DNA of 64,000 nucleotides from Paragordius varius (Eukaryota; Animalia; Nematomorpha): contig OZ176050.1 of NCBI GenBank assembly GCA_964247055.1, positions 1,364,001-1,428,000 of the forward strand, read 5' to 3'. The notes under the pieces are model-generated. The model ran no database searches, was not told the DNA's origin, and was given only the letters and a program-made list of their open reading frames with translations. Positions 54,048 through 64,000 of the stretch are shown one piece after another (the stretch's first letter is position 1; the number at the start of each line of letters is the position of its first letter). Made by a program: the position numbers and the translations under genes.

Positions 54048-57000
54048 TAGTAAGACTACATCAAAATATAGAGATAGTTTGACAAACTCTTTCATATCCG
54101 ATTTTTACAACGATACTTTAAAAATTAATGTATTAAACTAGTCGCATCAATACTCAAGCTAAACATTGTCCTTAAAAATCGGATATTGGTCACCGGTGAA
54201 CAAAACTTTTTTTTATACATTCTCTTAGTAAGACTACATCAAAATATAGAGATAGTTTGACAAACTCTTTCACATCCGATTTTTACAACGATACTTTAAA
54301 AATTAATGTATAAAACTAGTCGTATCAATAAATCGCATCAATACTCAAGTTAAACTTTGTCCTTAAAAATCGGATATTGGTCACCGGTGAACAAAATTAT
54401 TTTTTATACATTCTCTTAGTAGGGCTACATCAAAATATAGAGATAGTTTGGCAAACTCTTTCATATCCGATTTTTACAACGATACTTTAAAAATTAATGT
54501 ATAAAACTAGTCGCATCAATACTCAAGTTAAACTTTGTCCTTAAAAATCGGATATTGGTCACCGGTGAACAAAATTATTTTTTATACATTCTCTTAGTAA
54601 GACTACATCAAAATATAGAAATAGTTTGACAAACTCTTTCATATCCGATTTTTACAACGATATTTAAAAATTAATGTATTAAACTAGTCGCATCAATACT
54701 CAAGTTAAACTTTGTCCTTAAAAATCGGATATTGGTCACCGGTGAACAAAATTATTTTTTATATATTCTCTTAGCAAGACTACATAAATATAGAGATAGT
54801 TTGGCAAACTCTTTCATATCCGATTTTTACAACGATACTTTAAAAATTATGGTATTAAACCAGGCGCATCAATACTCAAGTTAAACTTTGTCCTTAAAAA
54901 TCGGATATTGGTCACCGGTGAACAAAATTATTTTTTATACATTCTCTTAGTAAGACTACATCAAAATATAGAGATAGTTTGACAAACTCTTTCATATCCG
55001 ATTTTTACAACGATACTTTAAAAATTATGGTATTAAACCAGTCGTATCAATACTCAAGTTAAACTTTGTCCTTAAAAATCGGATATTGGTCACCGGTGAA
55101 CAAAATTATTTTTTATACATTCTCTTAGTAAGACTACATCAAAATATAGAGATAGTTTGACAAATTCATTCATATCCGATTTTTACAACGATATTATAAA
55201 AATTATTAAAACTAGTCCCATCAATACTCAAGTTAAACTTTGTCCTTAAAAATCGGATATTGGTCACCGGTGAACAAAATTATTTTTTATACATTCTCTT
55301 AGTAAGACTACATCAAAATATAGAGATAGTTTGACAAACTCTTTCATATCCGATTTTTACAACGATATTTAAAAATTAATGTATAAAACTAGTCGTATAA
55401 ATCGCATCAATACTCAAGTTAAACTTTGTCCTTAAAAATCGGATATTGGTCACCGGTGAACAAAATTATTTTTTATACATTCTCTTAGCAAGACTACATC
55501 AAAATATAAAGATAGTTTGACAAACTCTTTCATATCCGATTTTTACAACGATACTTTAAAAATTAATGTATAAAACTAGTCGTATCAATAAATCGCATCA
55601 ATACTCAAGTTAAACTTTGTCCTTAAAAATCGGATATTGGTCACCGGTGAACAAAATTATTTTTTATACATTCTCTTAGTAGGACTACATCAAAATATAG
55701 AGATAGTTTGGCAAACTCTTGCATATCCGATTTTTACAACGATACTTTTAAAAATTAATGTATAAAACTAGTCGCATCAATACTCAAGTTAAACTTTGTC
55801 CTTAAAAATCGGATATTGGGCACCGGTGAACAAAATTATTTTTTATACATCTCTTAGTAGGACTACATCAAAATATAGAGATAGTTTGACAAACTCTTTC
55901 ATATCCGATTTTTACAACGATACTTTAAAAATTAATGTATAAAACTAGTCGTATCAATAAATCGCATCAATACTCAAGTTAAACTTTGTCCTTAAAAATC
56001 GGATATTGGTCACCGGTGAACAAAATTATTTTTTATACATTCTCTTAGTAAGACTACATCAAAATATAGAGATAGTTTGACAAACTCTTTCATATCCGAT
56101 TTTTACAACGATACTTTAATAATTAATGTATTAAACTAGTCGCATCAATACTCTAGCTAAACATTGTCCTTAAAAATCGGATATTGGTCACCGGTGAACA
56201 AAACTATATTTTATACATTCTCTTAGTAAGACTACATCAAAATATAGAGATAGTTTGACAAACTATTTCACATCCGATTTTTACAACGATATTAAAAATT
56301 AATGTATAAAACTAGTCGTATCAATAAATCGCATCAATACTCAAGTTAAACTTTGTCCTTAAAAATCGGATATTGGGCACCGGTGAACAAAATTATTTTT
56401 TTTACATCTCTTAGTAGGACTACATCAAAATATAGAGATAGTTTGGCAAACTCTTTCATATCCGATTTTTACAACGATACTTTAAAAATTAATGTATAAA
56501 ACTAGTCGTATCAATAAATCGCATCAATACTCAAGTTAAACTTTGTCCTTAAAAATCGGATATTGGTCACCGGTGAACAAAATTATTTTTTATACATTCT
56601 CTTAGCAAGACTACATCAAAATATAAAGATAGTTTGACAAACTCTTTCATATCCGATTTTTACAACGATACTTTAAAAATTAATGTATAAAACTAGTCGT
56701 ATCAATAAATCGCATCAATACTCAAAGTAAACTTTGTCCTTAAAAATCGGATATTGGTCACCGGTGAACAAAATTATTTTTTATACATTCTCTTAGTAAG
56801 ACTACATCAAAATATAGAGATAGTTTGGCAAACTCTTTCATATCCGATTTTTACAACGATACTTTAAAAATTATGGTATTAAACCAGTCGCATCAATACT
56901 CAAGTTAAACTTTGTCCTTAAAAATCGGATATTGGTCACCGGTGAACAAAATTATTTTTTATACATTCTCTTAGTAAGACTACATCAAAATATAGAGATA

Positions 57001-60000
57001 GTTTGACAAATTCATTCATATCCGATTTTTACAACGATATTTTAAAAATTATTAAAACTAGTCGCATCAATACTCAAGTTAAACTTTGTCCTTAAAAATC
57101 GAATATACCGGTGAACAAAATTATTTTTTATACATTCTCTTAGTAGGACTACATCAAAATATAGAGATAGTTTGACAAACTCTTTCATATCCGATTTTTA
57201 CAACGATACTTTAAAAATTAATGTATAAAACTAGTCGCATCAATACTCAAGTTAAACATTGTCCTTAAAAATCGGATATTGGTCACCGGTGAACAAAACT
57301 ATTTTTTATACATTCTCTTAGTAAGACTACATCAAAATATAGAGATAGTTTGACAAACTCTTTCACATCCGATTTTTACAACGATACTTTAAAAATTAAT
57401 GTATAAAACTAGTCGTATCAATAAATCGCATCAATACTCAAGTTAAACTTTGTCCTTAAAAATCGGATATTGGTCACCGGTTAACAAAATTATTTTTTAT
57501 ACATTCTCTTAGTAGGACTACATCAAAATATAGAGATTTGGCAAACTCTTTCTATCCGATTTTTACAACGATACTTTAAAAATTAATGTATAAAACTAGT
57601 CGCATCAATACTCAAGTTAAACTTTGTCCTTAAAAATCGGATATTTGGCACCGGTGAACAAAATTATTTTTTATACATTCTCTTAGTAGGACTACATCAA
57701 AATATAGAGATAGTTTGGCAAACTCTTTCATATCCGATTTTTACAACGATACTTTAAAAATTAATGTATAAAACTAGTCGCATCAATACTCAGGTTAAAC
57801 TTTGTCCTTAAAAATCGGATATTGGTCATCTGTGAACAAAATTATTTTTTATACATTCTTTTAGCAAGACTACATCAAAATATAAAGATAGTTTGACAAA
57901 CTCTTTCATATCCGATTTTTACAACGATACTTTAAAAATTAATGTATAAAACTAGTCGTATCAATAAATCGCATCAATACTCAAGTTAAACTTTGTCCTT
58001 AAAAATCGGATATTGGTCACCGGTGAACAAAATTATTTTTTATACATTCTCTTAGTAGGACTACATCAAAATATAGAGATAGTTTGGCAAACTCTTTCAT
58101 ATCCGATTTTTACAACGATACTTTAAAAATTATGGTATTAAACCAGTCGCATCAATACTCAAGTTAAACTTTGTCCTTAAAAATCGGATATTGGTCACCG
58201 GTGAACAAAATTATTTTTTATACATTCTCTTAGTAACACTACATCAAAATATAGAGATAGTTTGACAAACTCTTTCATATCCGATTTTTACAACGATACT
58301 TTAATAATTAATGTATTAAACTAGTCGCATCAATACTCTAGCTAAACATTGTCCTTAAAAATCGGATATTGGTCACCGGTGAACAAAACTATTTTTTATA
58401 CATTCTCTTAGTAAGACTACATCAAAATATAGAGATAGTTTGACAAACTCTTTCACATCCGATTTTTACAACGATATTAAAAATTAATGTATAAAACTAG
58501 TCGTATCAATAAATCGCATCAATACTCAAGTTAAACTTTGTCCTTAAAAATCGGATATTGGTCACCGGTGAACAAAATTATTTTTTATACATTCTCTTAG
58601 TAGGACTACATCAAAATATAGAGATAGTTTGGCAAACACTTGCATATCCGATTTTTACAACGATACTTTAAAAATTAATGTATAAAACTAGTCGCATCAA
58701 TACTCAAGTTAAACTTTGTCCTTAAAAATCGGATATTGGGCACCGGTGAACAAAATTATTTTTTATACATCTCTTAGTAGGACCATATCAAAATATAGAG
58801 ATAGTTTGGCAAACTCTTTCAGATCCGATTTTTACAACGATACTTTAAAAATTAATGTATAAAACTAGTCGTATCAATAAATCGCATCAATACTCAAGTT
58901 AAACTTTGTCCTTAAAAATCGGATATTGGTCACCGGTGAACAAAATTATTTTTTATACATTCTCTTAGTAAGACTACATCAAAATATAGAGATAGTTTGA
59001 CAAACTCTTTCATATCCGATTTTTACAACGATACTTTAATAATTAATGTATTAAACTAGTCGCATCAATACTCTAGCTAAACATTGTCCTTAAAAATCGG
59101 ATATTGGTCACCGGTGAACAAAACTATTTTTTATACATTCTCTTAGTAAGACTACATCAAAATATAGAGATAGTTTGACAAACTCTTTCACATCCGATTT
59201 TTACAACGATATTAAAAATTAATGTATACTAGTCGTAATAAATCGCATCAATACTCAAGTTAAACTTTGTCCTTAAAAATCGGATATTGGTCACCGGTGA
59301 ACAAAATTATTTTTTATACATTCTCTTAGTAGGACTACATCAAAATATAGAGATAGTTTGGCAAACTCTTTCATATCCGATTTTTACAACGATACTTTAA
59401 AAATTAATGTATAAAACTAGTCGCATCAATACTCAAGTTAAACTTTGTCCTTAAAAATCGGATATTGGGCACCGGTGAACAAAATTATTTTTTATACATC
59501 TCTTAGTAGGACTACATCAAAATATAGAGATAGTTTGGCAAACTCTTTCATATGCGATTTTTACAACGATACTTTAAAAATTAATGTATAAAACTAGTCG
59601 TATCAATAAATCGCATCAATACTCAAGTTAAACTTTGTCCTTAAAAATCGGATATTGGTCACCGGTGAACAAAATTATTTTTTATACATTCTCTTAGCAA
59701 GACTACATCAAAATATAAAGATAGTTTGACAAACTCTTTCATATCCGATTTTTACAACGATACTTTAAAAATTAATGTATAAAACTAGTCGTATCAATAA
59801 ATCGCATCAATACTCAAGTTAAACTTTGTCCTTAAAAATCGGATATTGGTCACCGGTGAACAAAATTATTTTTTATACATTCTCTTAGTAGGACTACATC
59901 AAAATATAGAGATAGTTTAGCAAACTCTTTCATATCCGATTTTTACAACGATACTTTAAAAATTAATGTATAAAACTAGTCGCATCAATACTCAAGTTAA

Positions 60001-63000
60001 ACTTTGTCCTTAAAAATCGGATATTGGGCACCGGTGAACAAAATTATTTTTTATACATCTCTTAGTAGGACTACATCAAAATATAGAGATAGTTTGGCAA
60101 ACTCTTTCATATCCGATTTTTACAACGATACTTTAAAAATTAATGTATAAAACTAGTCGTATCAATAAATCGCATCAATACTCAAGTTAAACTTTGTCCT
60201 TAAAAATCGGATATTGGTCACCGGTGAACAAAATTATTTTTTATACATTCTCTTAGCAAGACTACATCAAAATATAAAGATAGTTTGACAAACTCTTTCA
60301 TATCCGATTTTTACAACGATACTTTAATAATTAATGTATAAAACTAGTCGTATCAATAAATCGCATCAATACTCAAAGTAAACTTTGTCCTTAAAAATCG
60401 GATATTGGTCACCGGTGAACAAAATTATTTTTTATACATTCTCTTAGTAAGACTACATCAAAATATAGAGATAGTTTGGCAAACTCTTTCATATCCGATT
60501 TTTACAACGATACTTTAAAAATTATGGTATTAAACCAGTCGCATCAATACTCAAGTTAAACTTTGTCCTTAAAAATCGGATATTGGTCACCGGTGAACAA
60601 AATTATTTTTTATACATTCTCTTAGTAAGACTACATCAAAATATAGAGATAGTTTGACAAACTCTTTCATATCCGATTTTTACAACGATACTTTAAAAAT
60701 TAATGTATTAAACTAGTCGCATCAATACTCAAGCTAAACATTGTCCTTAAAAATCGGATATTGGTCACCGGTGAACAAAACTTTTTTTTATACATTCTCT
60801 TAGTAAGACTACATCAAAATATAGAGATAGTTTGACAAACTCTTTCACATCCGATTTTTACAACGATACTTTAAAAATTAATGTATAAAACTAGTCGTAT
60901 CAATAAATCGCATCAATACTCAAGTTAAACTTTGTCCTTAAAAATCGGATATTGGTCACCGGTGAACAAAATTATTTTTTATACATTCTCTTAGTAGGGC
61001 TACATCAAAATATAGAGATAGTTTGGCAAACTCTTTCATATCCGATTTTTACAACGATACTTTAAAAATTAATGTATAAAACTAGTCGCATCAATACTCA
61101 AGTTAAACTTTGTCCTTAAAAATCGGATATTGGTCACCGGTGAACAAAATTATTTTTTATACATTCTCTTAGTAAGACTACATCAAAATATAGAAATAGT
61201 TTGACAAACTCTTTCATATCCGATTTTTACAACGATATTTAAAAATTAATGTATTAAACTAGTCGCATCAATACTCAAGTTAAACTTTGTCCTTAAAAAT
61301 CGGATATTGGTCACCGGTGAACAAAATTATTTTTTATATATTCTCTTAGCAAGACTACATAAATATAGAGATAGTTTGGCAAACTCTTTCATATCCGATT
61401 TTTACAACGATACTTTAAAAATTATGGTATTAAACCAGGCGCATCAATACTCAAGTTAAACTTTGTCCTTAAAAATCGGATATTGGTCACCGGTGAACAA
61501 AATTATTTTTTATACATTCTCTTAGTAAGACTACATCAAAATATAGAGATAGTTTGACAAATTCATTCATATCCGATTTTTACAACGATATTATAAAAAT
61601 TATTAAAACTAGTCCCATCAATACTCAAGTTAAACTTTGTCCTTAAAAATCGGATATTGGTCACCGGTGAACAAAATTATTTTTTATACATTCTCTTAGT
61701 AAGACTACATCAAAATATAGAGATAGTTTGACAAACTCTTTCATATCCGATTTTTACAACGATACTTTAAAAATTATGGTATTAAACCAGTCGTATCAAT
61801 ACTCAAGTTAAACTTTGTCCTTAAAAATCGGATATTGGTCACCGGTGAACAAAATTATTTTTTATACATTCTCTTAGTAAGACTACATCAAAATATAGAG
61901 ATAGTTTGACAAACTCTTTCATATCCGATTTTTACAACGATACTTTAATAATTAATGTATTAAACTAGTCGCATCAATACTCTAGCTAAACATTGTCCTT
62001 AAAAATCGGATATTGGTCACCGGTGAACAAAACTATATTTTATACATTCTCTTAGTAAGACTACATCAAAATATAGAGATAGTTTGACAAACTATTTCAC
62101 ATCCGATTTTTACAACGATATTAAAAATTAATGTATAAAACTAGTCGTATCAATAAATCGCATCAATACTCAAGTTAAACTTTGTCCTTAAAAATCGGAT
62201 ATTGGGCACCGGTGAACAAAATTATTTTTTTTACATCTCTTAGTAGGACTACATCAAAATATAGAGATAGTTTGGCAAACTCTTTCATATCCGATTTTTA
62301 CAACGATACTTTAAAAATTAATGTATAAAACTAGTCGTATCAATAAATCGCATCAATACTCAAGTTAAACTTTGTCCTTAAAAATCGGATATTGGTCACC
62401 GGTGAACAAAATTATTTTTTATACATTCTCTTAGCAAGACTACATCAAAATATAAAGATAGTTTGACAAACTCTTTCATATCCGATTTTTACAACGATAC
62501 TTTAAAAATTAATGTATAAAACTAGTCGTATCAATAAATCGCATCAATACTCAAAGTAAACTTTGTCCTTAAAAATCGGATATTGGTCACCGGTGAACAA
62601 AATTATTTTTTATACATTCTCTTAGTAAGACTACATCAAAATATAGAGATAGTTTGGCAAACTCTTTCATATCCGATTTTTACAACGATACTTTAAAAAT
62701 TATGGTATTAAACCAGTCGCATCAATACTCAAGTTAAACTTTGTCCTTAAAAATCGGATATTGGTCACCGGTGAACAAAATTATTTTTTATACATTCTCT
62801 TAGTAAGACTACATCAAAATATAGAGATAGTTTGACAAATTCATTCATATCCGATTTTTACAACGATATTTTAAAAATTATTAAAACTAGTCGCATCAAT
62901 ACTCAAGTTAAACTTTGTCCTTAAAAATCGAATATACCGGTGAACAAAATTATTTTTTATACATTCTCTTAGTAGGACTACATCAAAATATAGAGATAGT

Positions 63001-64000
63001 TTGACAAACTCTTTCATATCCGATTTTTACAACGATACTTTAAAAATTAATGTATAAAACTAGTCGCATCAATACTCAAGTTAAACATTGTCCTTAAAAA
63101 TCGGATATTGGTCACCGGTGAACAAAACTATTTTTTATACATTCTCTTAGTAAGACTACATCAAAATATAGAGATAGTTTGACAAACTCTTTCACATCCG
63201 ATTTTTACAACGATACTTTAAAAATTAATGTATAAAACTAGTCGTATCAATAAATCGCATCAATACTCAAGTTAAACTTTGTCCTTAAAAATCGGATATT
63301 GGTCACCGGTTAACAAAATTATTTTTTATACATTCTCTTAGTAGGACTACATCAAAATATAGAGATTTGGCAAACTCTTTCTATCCGATTTTTACAACGA
63401 TACTTTAAAAATTAATGTATAAAACTAGTCGCATCAATACTCAAGTTAAACTTTGTCCTTAAAAATCGGATATTTGGCACCGGTGAACAAAATTATTTTT
63501 TATACATTCTCTTAGTAGGACTACATCAAAATATAGAGATAGTTTGGCAAACTCTTTCATATCCGATTTTTACAACGATACTTTAAAAATTAATGTATAA
63601 AACTAGTCGCATCAATACTCAGGTTAAACTTTGTCCTTAAAAATCGGATATTGGTCATCTGTGAACAAAATTATTTTTTATACATTCTTTTAGCAAGACT
63701 ACATCAAAATATAAAGATAGTTTGACAAACTCTTTCATATCCGATTTTTACAACGATACTTTAAAAATTAATGTATAAAACTAGTCGTATCAATAAATCG
63801 CATCAATACTCAAGTTAAACTTTGTCCTTAAAAATCGGATATTGGTCACCGGTGAACAAAATTATTTTTTATACATTCTCTTAGTAGGACTACATCAAAA
63901 TATAGAGATAGTTTGGCAAACTCTTTCATATCCGATTTTTACAACGATACTTTAAAAATTATGGTATTAAACCAGTCGCATCAATACTCAAGTTAAACTT
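54048..64000 (+). repeat. Second large tandem duplication: 54048-60622 (6575 bp) and 60623 to window end
   Basis: TAGTAGGGCT and CCAGGCGC recur at offset 6575. AACTATTTCAC, GAGATTTGGC and GGTCATCTGTG recur at offset 5829 (four monomers fewer in the second copy). Confidence 0.9.

Larger units (their letters stand above)
1..64000 (+). repeat. Tandem satellite DNA array, 178-bp consensus monomer (191-bp and short-deletion variants), head-to-tail, single orientation, running off both window ends
   Basis: The same unit (for example ...GGTCACCGGTGAAC... and ...ATATCCGATTTTTAC...) recurs about every 178 bp from start to end; TAGTAAGACT starts at 1 and again at 179. No unique sequence or strand switch was seen. 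The consensus has 49 G+C in 178 bp. Confidence 0.99.

Noticed and set aside
1-64000. CRISPR array or repeat-spacer system
   Set aside because: Units are contiguous with no unique spacers. All variation is point changes or short indels of one consensus, and there are no cas-like ORFs.
1-64000. Protein-coding repeat or long ORF
   Set aside because: 178 is not a multiple of three and stop codons are frequent (for example TAG at 1 and 92, TAA at 4). The open stretch I traced on the + strand (2-91) is only about 30 codons with no start codon, and frequent indels break any frame.

Overview
The whole 64,000-bp window is one uninterrupted head-to-tail array of an AT-rich (~27.5% GC) satellite with a 178-bp consensus monomer (~355-360 copies by length estimate, all in the same orientation). 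I found no genes, RNA genes, CRISPR spacers, transposon insertions or inversions. I cannot name the satellite family or the host. Consensus from position 1: TAGTAAGACTACATCAAAATATAGAGATAGTTTGACAAACTCTTTCATATCCGATTTTTACAACGATACTTTAAAAATTAATGTAT(T/A)AAACTAGTCGCATCAATACTCAAGTTAAACTTTGTCCTTAAAAATCGGATATTGGTCACCGGTGAACAAAATTATTTTTTATACATTCTCT. The interest lies inside the array. (1) The monomer is dense in dyad symmetry: a perfect 14-bp inverted repeat interleaved with an 11-bp one, plus four short palindromes. (2) Several variants perfect, symmetrically preserve or excise those palindromes, which suggests hairpin-templated mutation. (3) Shared variants reveal variable-length higher-order repeats (4- to 13-mers), two separate ~6.5-kb tandem duplications, and a block re-used ~21.7 kb away. 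(4) The variant repertoire switches at ~22.5-26.5 kb, next to a more divergent zone. (5) A 191-bp monomer class (13-bp internal duplication) is absent from ~13.5-22.4 kb but makes up about half of the monomers at ~55-61 kb. All offsets were measured by hand from diagnostic variants; no function (for example centromeric) can be shown from sequence alone.
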